The position numbers and the translations under genes were made by a program. Positions 38,001 through 51,964 of a stretch of 64,000 bases of DNA are shown here, one piece after another (position 1 is the stretch's first letter; each line of letters starts with the position of its first letter). Source of the DNA: Paramecium tetraurelia. Lineage: Eukaryota. The stretch lies in assembly GCA_000165425.1 (NCBI GenBank), contig CT867987.1, positions 248,001 to 312,000 on the forward strand, in the 5' to 3' direction. The notes below the pieces were generated by a model, which ran no database searches, had not been told where the DNA came from, and saw nothing but the letters and a program-made list of their open reading frames with translations.

Positions 38001-40397
38001 GTTTCAAATTCAAGATTAATAGTTTAGAAACTAGGCAACACTGATAGAGTATATGAATCAGAATAATAAACTGCGGGTTAGATATCACTTGCTACTAATA
38101 CAAGAAGGTGCAATTCAAATTTATTTTTGCAATCTCAACTTACACTTTAGCCACAGTATGTTTAACCAAAGAAATTTGATATATAAATATTATAAGAAGT
38201 GAATGATATTGAAAATGAAATGAATTTCATTGAAAATTAAGAATAACTTAAAGAACAGCAAGAACTTGATAGAAAAAACCTTTACGATTAGGAAGATTAA
38301 TTAGAAGTTGTCCAATCAAATAGTTAGAGTGAAAAAAAGAAATCCAACATTCTAGAGAAATTTTAAAAGTCATAATTAAGAAAACAAAAGGATAATTATG
38401 GAGATTTTTAATCTAATCCATCTAGAACTTCAACAAGTTCTACATCAAAAGAGGCACTTACAATAGTGTAACAACTCTACGATAATAAAAAATTGATTAG
38501 TCCTTTGAAGAAAATTTCACTTATATTAGTAATAATCTGTTGTGGTGTTTTAACCATTAATGTTATCAATGTTAATGAGATAGAAAATAATTTATTAACT
38601 TAAATTGATTAAATCAATAATGTTAGAAAACCATTAAATATAAATTATTTTTATTTTGGTGTATTATTTTAGTAATTAACCTAATTACTACATGAGAAGA
38701 ATATTTTAGATCTCAGTCCCTTTTTAGCTAATAGAATTAAGGAATAACTTGTAAACATGTATGAATATGGAAGAGAGGTTATGTTTGATCATATAGTCGA
38801 TGTCCCAATTTTGGCGAAGGCTTTGGATATCACAACATTTCCATGTAAAATAGTAGAAAATAATGAAAGAGTAACTTTAAACACTACTTTACATGAATTT
38901 TATTCTATTTATTTTGAGCTTGCTGAAGATCTATATAGAAGAAATTTAGAATGCACAAAAAATTGTGATTATTCAGATTTGTATACACAAGGGTTTCTTA
39001 GATAAAACATTGTTATTATGATGGAATTTCATGATAAATTAATTGATTAAATTACGAAAGTCACTCTTCAAACCTAAAACTAAGTTAAAGGAGATTTCTT
39101 ATAAATAATGCTTGCTGAAATGTGTGTCGTCCTATTTTTCATTGGGATTTAACTCAAAATTTGGCTATTCGTTGATCAAATAACTAAACACATTTTATTT
39201 TTGATATCAAGATTGAATGAAATTTAGGCATTTGATTAAATATAAAAATTATCAACAATTAAATATTACATAGATCTAGAAAGTAATAATTAATGGAAAA
39301 TGACAAATTTTTCTGATTTAATGTTCAAATATTCCGAAAAAATAAAAGTTTAAAAAGCAGTTCTTATAAGTTAAAAAGAAACCGATAAAATAAATAATAA
39401 TTACAAATCAACCACTGCCTTATATTCGAGAATCTAAAAGACTTATTACATCAACAGAATTAATGTAATTCTTACCTTTGCCCTAGCCTTGACTTGGCCA
39501 TTATACTTAATGACTGGATATTTGATTCATATGTAAAACAACAATGATTTCTAGCCTTCATTAGAGGTTACATTAAATATGGTATAGTTTAGACACAATA
39601 TGGACGCATCTGCTATATTGGCTGGTTTGATAAAAAGTGAGAGTTTGTTACCTAATAATAATCTAAATTTTATCAACTAAACCTATATTATAGAGTTATT
39701 TTCATATCTCAAAGATAATTTATCACCTATCATAAATGATATGGCTACTGTTGTGTTAGATAACGCTAACTAAAATAACCAAAAAAGCAGGTTCGACGAT
39801 TTATTGAATAATGATCTGTGTATATCCAGTAATTCCACAGTTTTATCAATGTGTGAACCTGGTTTAATCTAACTATCATATTATGAGTAATCATCACTTT
39901 TATTTAATAGCAAGGACGATTATAGCGATATCATTAAGAATGGAGCCTTGGGATTTGTGGCTGGCTATATTAAATTTATTAATCAAGATTTCAACATAGA
40001 ACTTACTACATAATAATACTATCCAAATAAATCGGAAAATCTTTAGGAAATTAATACTTAGTAATTTAATAATTATTTGATATCCTATTCTACTGATATT
40101 TTATAAGTAATGAGGATGTTTTTAATTTTGCTTTAATTAGAAAATTAATCAATAGCTAATCAAATTATGTCCATCATTAAAGCATATTATTTAGGATTAG
40201 GTATTAGGTATTAAATTAATTAATATATTTATAGTTTATTTCTCATCTATTCTTTTACTTCCATTATGTGGGTTTATTTAGCTTAAAAATAGATGAATTC
40301 TTTAAGATAGATCTTAGTTTTGATTCCAGTTGATTTGATCTTGAGTGCAAATATTAGAAGCTAAGCAAAAGAAATTCATAGTTGGCTATACTCTTGA
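35061..40397 (+). CDS. Large multipass membrane protein with a PAS-like domain (TmcB/TmcC-like ciliate family)
   Basis: N-terminal TM bundle; PAS-like LMPKFLTQIHDNLMDNY..LTGYLEPC (~36915-37060); SNPSRTSTSSTS linker; C-terminal TMs; TGA 40395-40397. Confidence 0.8.
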
Positions 40398-41006
40398 ATT
40401 GAATAATTAATTTATCATATTAATTTGGGTTTTTTATTTATTATTCAATTTAATTACTTTTTTAAGCCATTTTACAACCATTGTTTTTGAAATATTCATT
40501 CTTCCTTAATTAAATTTTTAAAGTATTTAATATTATTAGATTTGTGGTTTTATATAACTTCAGATATTATCTATTTATGAAAAGAATGTTTTAATTCCTA
40601 ACCCAAAAATAACAACAAATTTACTATTGCCATTCTATCTTCTGATACAATCTAACTAACCAAATCAGGAAATAAGGAAATTTAATGAGACAAAATATCT
40701 GATCTATTTTTATTGAATTTTTAAGATAGATTAATATTCTAGCTCTCTGATGTAAATTGCCAAATACATTATCAACAATCAATCAAATAAAAAGATTAAA
40801 TTGGCATAGATAGAAAATTACTTTACTTCATCACACTTTTTGATATATTTATGGTTTTACTCATTCTAAAACAAATTTAGGAAATACTGTTTTTGTTTGG
40901 GTATGAAAGTAAAGAATATGATTTCAAATATCTATTATATTTATTAATGATCATAATTTAAACAAAACCAAATTTTATTTGGAATATTCTTTGATTAAAT
41001 AATTCA

Positions 41007-43071
41007 ATGAACTAAAGTATTTTTGCTTACGGATTCTTAAATAATGGTAATCAATTATTTGCTATTATTAGGCCTTGTTTATTCAAAGCAGGGAAAATTT
41101 GAAAAAGCAATAATTGAGTATAATAAAGCTATTGAAGAAAGTCCCTAATACGCTGCTGCTTATTAAAATAGAGGTAATCAAAATTTATAAAATATTAGCC
41201 AATGCATATTAAGGTTTGATGAATTTTGATGAGGCGCTTGGAGATTACTGTATGGCTATAAGAATCAACCCATAATATAGTGCAGCCTACTTTAATAGAG
41301 GTTTTAATACTTCTTAATGTTGAGGATTGTTATTCGGAAAATAGGGTAAATTTGAAGAAGCAATAATGGATTATACCTAATACATTAAAATGGTTCCTGA
41401 TAATGCTCAAGCTTATAATAATAGAGGTAAATAATATCTTTGAGAATAAGCAAATGCATATTAAAATTAAGGAAATTTTAATGAAGCAATAAAAGATTAC
41501 TCCAAATCAATTGAAATTAACCCTAATTACGCTGCTGCTTATAATAATAGAGGTAGTTATTAATAAATTAAGATTTTGGCAATGCTTATGTTAATTTTGG
41601 TAAGTTCGATGAAGCAATTTCAGACTGTACTAAAGCTATAGAATTGCAAATGGTAAATTCAGATGCGTTCTACATTAGAGGTAGAATAATTTAGATAATT
41701 AGGGAATGCGTATAAAAATTAAGAAAAATATTAAGAAGCAATAATAGATTATTCAAGAGCAGTTGAAATAAATCCTTAACACAGTAATACTTGCTTATTA
41801 CAATAGAGGTAAATCAAATATGTTGAAAACAAGGACTTATTTATTCTGATTAAAAATTATTCGATAAAGCAATTTTAGATTACTAAAGAGCCTTAGAAAA
41901 TTTGGCAGCAAATCCATTGTATCATTTTAGTTTAGGTTTTCTTTATTTTTCTCTCAAACAATTTGGCAAAGCAAATTAGTATTTTGAAAGTGCATTGGAA
42001 TATTCGTCAAAAGTATCAGTTTAATAAAGATTGTAATTCTAACTTTCAAAGGAAAAGATGTTGTTTCTTTAATAAAAAGTCGATATTTTAAGGTCCATAT
42101 ACAAAGAATTGTAAATTGCTTAAGAAGAAATATCTGATTTGTTGAGAACAAGTAAAATCTCATAAACTTAGCATCAATATTATTAATTTAAAATAACTAA
42201 AATTGAAAATCAGTTTTTACAACTTGTCCCAAATTAATCAAAAGAAAACTAAGTTGAAGAATTTAGGAAACTTAAATAGTTTATGGAAGAAATTATATGT
42301 CTAAGAACAGAGATTGTTAATTTAGAGACCAATTAGATTTAAGGCATAGAAACTTTGATTTAAAAAATTAAATAAATTAATTCCTTCCAACAAACCAAAA
42401 AAAGTAATATTTAGGAATTTAGAGAATAAATGAGTCCAAGTAGGAAATTGTATCATCGCTCATTATTTTGGCATCTGTTTAATTATTTCAATGCTGTAAA
42501 ATTAATTTCTGAAGACTTAGCTGTTAGAAATGTTGGAATTCATTATGTAAAAGTCTTGGAAATGTTACCAAAGTCTGAAAATCTAAAAGATCAAGATTAA
42601 GGATCTGTACCTCACATGAGCACAATATTCTCATTATTAAATTCTGCATTAGATTCAGTTGAAAATATCAAAAATAAAAAATTTGAAAGTAGAATTAATG
42701 CATTAAGGTAAACTTTGCAGGTTTTCACAAGATTTCCCTCTGAATTTGAAAGTGAAATTGAAAGAGCTTCTTTATTTATGGCAAATAATATCAATTTCTG
42801 TTTCGAAAAATTTAAAACAAACCCATTTAATTAATATGTCGATAGGATTTCTATTTTAGAATTTGATTTTGAATAATATTCAAAAAATAACTGTTGGAAA
42901 ACTGGTATCCTACATACATTGATAATATTAAAATATTTAATAGAGAACTTCTAAGAAATAATACTCTAGTATTCTTTTTACACTTTTAAAGATATTTTAC
43001 ATAGATCAATAACTGAATTCAATTTTGAATATCTTGAAAAAACTAAATTTTAAGACAAGAAGGTTCCCTGA
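41007..43071 (+). CDS. TPR-repeat protein with a C-terminal helical domain; apparent +4 frameshift (possible pseudogene)
   Basis: About 7 TPRs (AYNNRG..F.EAI.DY..AI.INP), most interrupted by a phase-1 intron at the NR|G position; 4 extra nt near 41789-41792. Confidence 0.8.
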
Positions 43072-43339
43072 TATGAAATTATTGAGTTTAATCAATTTAT
43101 ATTATAGTTTGAATTATAAGATTATTAAACTGTTATAATTAGTTTTATTTTTTATTTAATTGAAGAAATTCTAGTTACTAAATTTCTATATAATTAAAGA
43201 TAAACACTTTCTATATTGATTGAATAATTTGAAATTACTATTTTATGTAAATAATTTAATTTTTTTATGATATAATTAAATTATAAGTCAATCTTTAATT
43301 AGTATTATTCTATTTACCAATTATTTACTGCTCGCCTGT

Positions 43340-46300
43340 TCATGAAGTTATCAATTTGTTCACATCTATATCAACTAAGGTCTATCGATATCTGATTGTT
43401 GATTAGGAATTAATCAATGAGAAAATTTATCTATATATAATATTATATTATAATACTTTTGATATCCTAACTAAGCCTTTGATAAAGATATTAGATGACA
43501 TCGTATTTTTATAAAATTATTCCTAAGGCGATATTCCCTTTAATTTATTATTTTGAGTTGATTATTCAAATAGTTGGTAAGTGAACAATTTGCATTTATA
43601 TATCTCGAAATTTTGTATAATAATTAGACAAAAGGTACTTTATATTTCTTAAAATAAACTCTAAAAATGTTTATAAGGAATGGGTAGCATAATTTAACGC
43701 AAAGTAGTATAATACAAATTTATAGAGGTATTAATATACTTGTATAATTTTCTTATTCACACACATAATTAGCTCCAGCAAGGAATAAAGTGATAGAGCA
43801 AATTTACCCTGTTTGAATATCTAAGTAATTTAAACTTGAAATAATATATGGTTTTTGTTTTACAGCTGCCAATTAATAAACTAATAAGCACAATCCTAAA
43901 AGGGATGCTTTTAAAAAAATATTGCCTTCAAAATATGTTAAGATTATTATAATAATAGTTTTTTTTGTCAGTTTAATTGATTCCCAAAAATAGCTTTCAC
44001 TATTATATTCATTAAAAAGATAACAAATATGTCTTCTCAATTTTATGTTATCCAATTGTTCTCTATTTATATACATAATAAAGAATAGGGAAAAAGGAAT
44101 GAAAAGGCCTAAGATTCCCAGACCAGGAATAGCAAAAAATATAATCCAAGAAATATGATTTGAAGTACCATACAATAGGGATACATCTCCTTGAATATAT
44201 GCAATTTGTGAAATTTATCTAGTAGAAATGATGGAACAGAACCTAATTAATATATACTTAATTACTATTTAATTAAAGCAGCATAATTGGATACATATAA
44301 ATAGAGCAAAGTATTTGAAATATAACTTCTATTCAGTAATTATTTCTTGCATTTAGCATGAATAGCGAATCCTGCCCAGATAATTAAAAGTTGAATTATT
44401 ATCAACATCAACATAAATATTAATCTTAAATAGATTAATTCTATATTTTAGATTTCAGTGAGATAACAATCCAAATTATTAACCATAACAAATAATGTAT
44501 TACTAGTTTATTCAATAAAATTGAATGAAAAAGAAACACTTATATTAAATACAACTGTAAATATCCATAAATAATTCAGTAGCATCTTGATAAGAATACT
44601 TTCATGATCTGTAATATTAATATTTAATTACCTTAATTTAGCTTAAATATTATTTTACTATATTTTTGTCCCACCTTAAGAGATGAGAACAATTTATTTG
44701 ATTTTTCAATACTTCTTAAAGTAATCAAAATTTAGAGAAAAGCCCTAAAGTTTAATGAAGAAAATACCAAATTGAAGTCAATACAAAGGGTACAATACTT
44801 TTCCAGATTTCATTACATTCTTAACATTAAAAATCTGATAAATTTTTATAAAATTATCCCTTCCCCATTAAATCAAAATTATCACACTCTTCGCATAATC
44901 CTCCTATATGACCCAAACTGCATAATTCATTTCCTACATCCCACCCACCAATGCAAAATTTAGGGTTTTTAAAACAGCTTTCGGTATAATCTGATAGGTA
45001 ATTTGGTCTCCAATATCCCGGTTACAATTTAATTTAATTGGATGAAATATTATCAAATTTTTATTTGTCAAATATTGAACATTTTGTTGTATTATAAGTT
45101 ACAGAATAAAACCCTTAATTTGACTAGCAGATTTAACAACCTTTATCTACATAGAATTCTCCCAATTAGCATTTAAGCGCTTTAGCATAAATTAGATATT
45201 CTAGCTATTCACTATTCTAATCAAATAGACATTTAAATTCTATCTACAATAATGATTAATCTTAATTATAAGGATCAAAACGAAAAGAGAGAGAACTTAA
45301 GTCGAAAGCTTTCTAATTTTAATCTAATTCTACATTATAGGTTACTTTTTCTTATGAGACACTGTGATTATTTTCATAAAAAATGGCTGCATTTACTTAA
45401 CAAGATGAATTAATTTAATTTTCTAATTTTTCATTAAATCGATTTTTAACAGATATAAGTATATTGTGGATGTAATTTATAAATATTTAGTAACTTGGAA
45501 CATATATTTAATAACTATTAATCTTTTAATTACTTGGAATCATTAACTATTTTACCTTTAATAATTATCCTTATTCAATGACATTATAAGGTCTGATATT
45601 TGAAGTTAACATAGTATTTCTCCCGAATTTTTATTATTCAGACATTATATCAATATCATTAATCGAAAGACTTAAATGAGTAGGAGTTTCAACTAAATTA
45701 TTTCCATAAACATCAGCATAGTTAAAAAGCAAAACGGATTAGAAAAAGTTTTCATCATTAAGATTATACTATTTTGCAAAGTAAATACCCCCTCCTACCT
45801 TAGCTTTATTTAAGATTACAATCGATTTATTAATTTCAAAATCTTTTTTGTCGATATCAGCATATATGCCTCCACCTGCTTATGTTACTCTATTTCCGAC
45901 TATTTTGCAATTTCTTATAAAGAGTGCTATATTTTCAGCGTTTATGGCACCTCCTTGACTAGCATTATTTTAGATAAAATTAGAATTATATATCATAACC
46001 TTGTTCTAATTATTTTAAGAGGAGTTAAGTTTAAAATTTAAACAACCATTTTCTTTGATTTAATTATAAATACACAAAAACTCTTTAATTTTAACATAGT
46101 TAAATTAAGTGAGATCAAAAAATAAACCTCCCTTTGAGCAACTTAAACATTTATTTTATATTAATTATACAGAATTTACAATAAATCTCGCTTTATTGTT
46201 TGAACTAATAAAGTAGAGTAATGGATAGCCTATATTATTTGATTCTTCTTGTAATTATTAAATATTTTAACTTATTAGATTTTACTAATGTTACTCATCT

Positions 46301-49300
46301 TATTAAGATAGATATTGAAGTTAGCATTCAACAACCACATATTAGGGTGTAATATAAAAGAATTCCTCTTCTCCAGAACGAAATTAATATATTGAAAATC
46401 GTTAAATGATGAGTTATTCAAGTATAATAATTGAATTTACTTATTAATCAACAAATATTAATGGTAATTGATAAAAAGAGAAAACATCGATTATTTACAT
46501 ATTCTTTATTAACAATTGGATTGAATTTTCTATTTTAAAGATATGGGATAATATTATGCCTTTAAGAACAAATTATTCAACAGTAATTTATCCTCCAACA
46601 ATATTAAAAATTCCATTATCTTAATTCATTTAAGTAATTTCAGTAGATGCTCCAAATTATGAAAAATATCTAATCCAAGCTGATTCTTCAAAAATTAGTT
46701 TTATATTTAATATTGATATCTTAAATAAACTTTATTCTTTGTACTATGGAAATTAGACTTTAATTAATTAATTTAAGAATGACAAACAGTTTATCATTTG
46801 TATATCCTTCAATAATATGCTGGCTTTTCTTTGTGATGGACTGATAGTAAATAACACAGTACTCAATCCATTTTATACATTTAGAAAATTTGTATTGGAG
46901 ACTTCTAAATTTAAATAACTATTTAAGGAATTAATATTTATACAACCAAAATTATCTGTTCCATATCTATAAATAGAAGATATTGATTAGATTGTGTTGT
47001 TGATAAATTATAACTATCCTTATCCTAAAGTTTTAATATCAAAGACAGCACTAGTCAAGGCTAAAATATGTAGATATTTTGAATTTTGGCTGACAAATTA
47101 CTCACAATTTATTTTGGCAACTCCTCCTTAAACGTAGGTTGGATAAAGTTATTGAATAATTTAGTTAATCTGATCTTAGTCATACTATTAACCCAGATCG
47201 AATTGATAAAATTTGTTCCATAATTCTTAGCTGATGACATTATGATAACTAACAGTGGCATTATTAAAGAAGATTGATTGTGAAATTAAAACAAGAAAAG
47301 ATGTAGATGAATTTGTTATTGCATTTTCTTTGCAATATAAATTACTAATATTAATCTAACCTTGTGTTGAATCTATATATATTAAACCAGCAAAGTTTTC
47401 AGTTGGATCATCCAAATATTGATGGAAGAAGTTTTGTTAAAAATTTAAGTCTTCAAAATTAACAAATTATTGTTTTTTTGAATATATACTTATTATAGAT
47501 ATAATACTTTTTTATAGAACCTTTTTAATAATATTATTTTAAAATAGACTATTAGTTATTTCGATATTTTAAGACACATTTTCTAATTATTAAGGGGATG
47601 AAAGTATTTCAATAAATGCTTAATTAAAATTTTCATAATTTATGATTTTAAGCTAATTTAATTTAATAAATGAAAATCCTTAAACAAAAAGAAGTTAATT
47701 ATTAAATTCGTCTGACTATTAACAGTAATGAATTTAATTTTTTTGAGTATTTTATTAAAAAATAAGGCTTTCTATAATGATTTCATTGCTTTCAAAAAAA
47801 TAAAATATTGGAATATTCTTTGTATTTAGAATCTAAATGTATTTTATTGAGCAGCTGAAGCAATGGATAAATTTAAATAAATTTTAAACATTATTAAAAG
47901 TATCTATTCCTTCAACTTTCTAAAGTATAAAATTACTAAATTATATTATCATTTTAACCTATGAAGATGAAGACAAATAAATTAAGTTTGAATTCATTAG
48001 TTTTAAATTGATAACTGAAAGTTATTCTAAGAAAAATGTGACATCACTTGTTGCATTAGTATCAATTGCATTTATTAATATAGAATTATTTAAAATATTA
48101 TCCTCAAAATTTGCATCTGTTAAAGATAAATTGTAAAAAAAAATCATAAAGTTAGAATTCTACCAAGTGTTTTATAGAATTTATAGGTTAAAAATTTACA
48201 ATTAAGTCAGGTCATCATAATTTATGATAGAGGAATAAGATAATTGACAATTTCTAATTCGAATGTGTGATATTGTTGTCAGTTTTGCTACTATTTGATT
48301 CTATTTCATTTTTAAAATAGTTGAATTTATTAATGTGCAGTTTTCAATCAATAAACTGTCTACCTTAATTGAAATCTAGCTGTTTGTAATTAAAAATAGA
48401 TCTGTATTAATAAATGTACTATTAATAATTGTTAACTAATTAATTTGCACTTATGCTTCTAATAGCTAAAATTCAATTTTGAAAAATGATGATTCGTTGA
48501 GGACAATATTCATGATTGTAATATTTACTAAATCAATACTTTCAAATTACTGTGAATTAAATAATTTATTAACTTGATTTTAATTAATTCCCAGAATCTT
48601 AACATTTTTCATAGTAAATTTCAATTTCTGATCACCCAACAGATTAAAAGTTAGATTCGACAGTTAGATGTCAATACTAAAAATATTTATTATTTCAAAA
48701 TTGTTGATTTTAACCTCTTCATCTTTTGGTTGATATCGGATTCCATTCCCCAAAATAGTTAAATTAGTTGTTCTTAAAGAAAATATCTGTTCTTTGAGTT
48801 AGTTAGAATTGATACGAATAACTTGATTACATTAAGCATTGGGTGGAGTAAATTAAAGTTGAATAATTATACTTTAGGCTCCAATTACATTTAGGTAATT
48901 GATGTTTTGATTAATTAATAAATCAGTCATTGAATTATCATACAAATAACAAGGACCCTTGTAATCATATACCAAATTACTGCTACATTATTCATCCAAA
49001 CAATAAATTGGAATATATTATTTTGTTGAAAGTTTAACATTTGGATCAAAAATTGGCTGAATACATTATTTAGTATACAATTGATTATTCTCATTAACTA
49101 TAAAATTGGGCTAAATTAGCTAAAATTTAATTATTAATAGATTACAGATATTTCTTCAGCTGTCCTTTCCTAACAATATAGACATAATGGAGGGCAATTT
49201 AAGCACTATCCATCCCTTTGCACTCTCTATGGTCTTTTATATTAATCTATGGGACATTTCTTGCAATAATACTTTGGAGTATCTGTTCTCAATTTACATT

Positions 49301-51964
49301 CTATACAATCTGGTTGACAAGCTGTAAGACAAGTTTTATTTTGATACATTTCAGAACCCTCTAGGCAAGAGATAGCTACTTCATCAACAAAATATGAATT
49401 TGATTTAGGATAAAAATATTAATTTGGTAAAAAAGATCCCATAAAGCTTTGTATTCTTTGCATCCATGCATCATATATATAAAAATCTCCTTCTATACTT
49501 ATTTTTGCATTGAATCTTTTATTAGGGGAACATCTTCCGTTCATTTCAGTAGTAGTACTAGTATAACCCACTTTACAAATTATACATCTCAAAATTGATT
49601 ATACAGTAATGAAACATTACAGACAATTGGAGATTAATTGTTCACAATTAATAATTTCTTTTGCTACAGAAAAATCTTATTTCGAGGATAATGTGCAGAT
49701 TTCTGTACCTTCCTAATTAATATAGCTTCTTAAACATGTATCTATTTTAGAACTCTTTTTTAGGCACTCGCCTAATTGAAAATCAAAAATATATCCATCC
49801 TCACACAATGCACATCCTACTTTTAGATTATCTTCTCCATTAAATTTTTAGAAGTTCTGGTAGAGTGTACTTTTTGTTAAATCATCAAAGACATATTCAA
49901 AACAATACACACAATTAGTTATAGAACACAATACACAATCATAATTTGAAGTAATGTAATAAGGTGTTCTACAATTCTTTTCATCTAAAATTCCCATTTC
50001 CAAAGCAATACATTACCCATTTATTCGTTCACTATACCAATCACAAACTATACATATTTATCCTGTTATAGACAATGCACAAAGAGAACAATTAGATGTC
50101 TAGCAAAAGTAACAATCATTTTGAAATAATGTAGACCAGCAAAATTACATAAATGGTTGAAATTTAGCATTATTATCATAATTAATATTGTTTAAATCTA
50201 TAATGCTAGAGTTGACACAACCTACACAGAATTCAAGATTTATTCCATTAAAATTGAAGTACTAGGTCCATCCATCATTTTCTTCTTCCACAAATGCCGA
50301 AGTGCTTCCATCCTGCTGAAACTACAAACTTGATTTACACTCAGGATTCTTACTCCATCCTTTTGGATTTAATACACATTCTAAACATGTTACGGCATCT
50401 TGATTTTGAACTCCAGGACTTTAATAATTAAATAAGATTACCAGTCATAACATTACCCATCTAATTCAAATTACCCATATTTGCATTCTATATTTTCTTC
50501 CTTAATAGAGATTGGCTACAAGTGAAAATTCGTATAGTTCTTGCAATCAATATCATCAATTGTGAAATAGGGACAAATACATTATTTATAATCTTGAAAA
50601 TAAACTCTTAATGAACCTTCGGAGCAAGTTAAACAATCCTTCTCCGTTGGACCATCACATTCACCACAACTATAATGGCAATCTCATTAAGAAAAAACTG
50701 TTTCGCAATTAACCAAATACAAGTTTCTCCCCATTATATTTAAAAAGTTGAAATTTGATTATTAGTTATTTCCCAATATGAGTTTATAATATATTTGATG
50801 AAATTACTTTATGTTCATTTGCATATTGTATTCGTATATTTTTCTCATATCAAAAAATTTGATATTAACTTAAAAGTCATCCTCTTCTAATTTCACATAT
50901 ATTAGATGCCACAATTAAATATTATGATTAATGTCGACCTCTCTTGTAATTAAGAAAGGGTTGTTCGTAAAATCTAAATTTACAGATGGAAATTAATAAC
51001 TGTAGGTTGTTATTATCAATTTTTTCGAGTTTTCTTCGAACTTGTAAAATAATTAAAACGGAGATAAATTCTAATTTTAAAGCTAACCATTTTAATAATT
51101 TGATGACAACTTAATAAATTAATATGTCATTGTCACATCACTCTATATTATATCTTTTATTTTAAACCATCCTGAAAATAGAAATGAATTACAATTATTA
51201 TATTTTGATATATAAATTTGAGTGTTCAGCTCAAGAAAATCGTAATCGTCTAAATTATTTTAAGGATTTTCTTAACACCTACATAATTTACTTCGACTAA
51301 TAAACTAAATTGCATAAGCAGCAAAATCTTTTAATTTATTATTACAAGAGACTGGAAGGATCCTACCTGGGAAGGAAGCAAACTTTCTTCCTTTTTCAAT
51401 GTTTATTAATCTTGAATTTTCAACTATAAAACTTCCTCCTATTTTTTGAATCAAAATAACATTTGAAAATGGAACTATTTGTAAAAATTCATCCATAATG
51501 ACTTCTTCATTCTTAATTATTATTATTTAAAATTAATTGGTGTAAGGGAAGAAAATAAAATCAAAATAATACCAGTAATTTTCATACTCAAAAATGCTTA
51601 TATCGATTTCGTAACTATATTGCAAATCGTCATTTCCTATAAATTATATTACTTTTGTGATAGTTCTTGATGTTAAATCTTAACAATCATAATGTAATAA
51701 ATTTAACTAGTTCGATTCCTTTTCAACCGAACTGAATAAATGATAGCAATTACTATCCAATACCCCAAGTTAATCAGAATATACTATTGAACTCAATGGA
51801 AGGTATTGAAACCATGAAGTCCATCTTTATATAACACCATCATCAATAATGAAATCTAATATTGAAAATTCCTCTATCCAATAAGGCAATTCAGAATTCA
51901 ATCGTATTAATTATTCTGAATATACTGCTTTCAACATCCAAATCAAGAAATATATTGATATCAT
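43340..51964 (-). CDS. Giant surface membrane protein: signal peptide, furin-like Cys repeats, beta-helix/pectin-lyase-like region and C-terminal multipass domain
   Basis: MISIYFLIWMLKAVYS; CHYSCGECDGPTEKDCLTC; GGAI/GGGIY repeats; GYWRP..C..GHIGG.CEECD; YLFNEY..YFWESIK. Confidence 0.88.

Noticed and set aside
41050..41900. Periodic DNA repeats resembling a CRISPR or satellite array
   Set aside because: Explained by TPR codons with introns in a eukaryotic gene.
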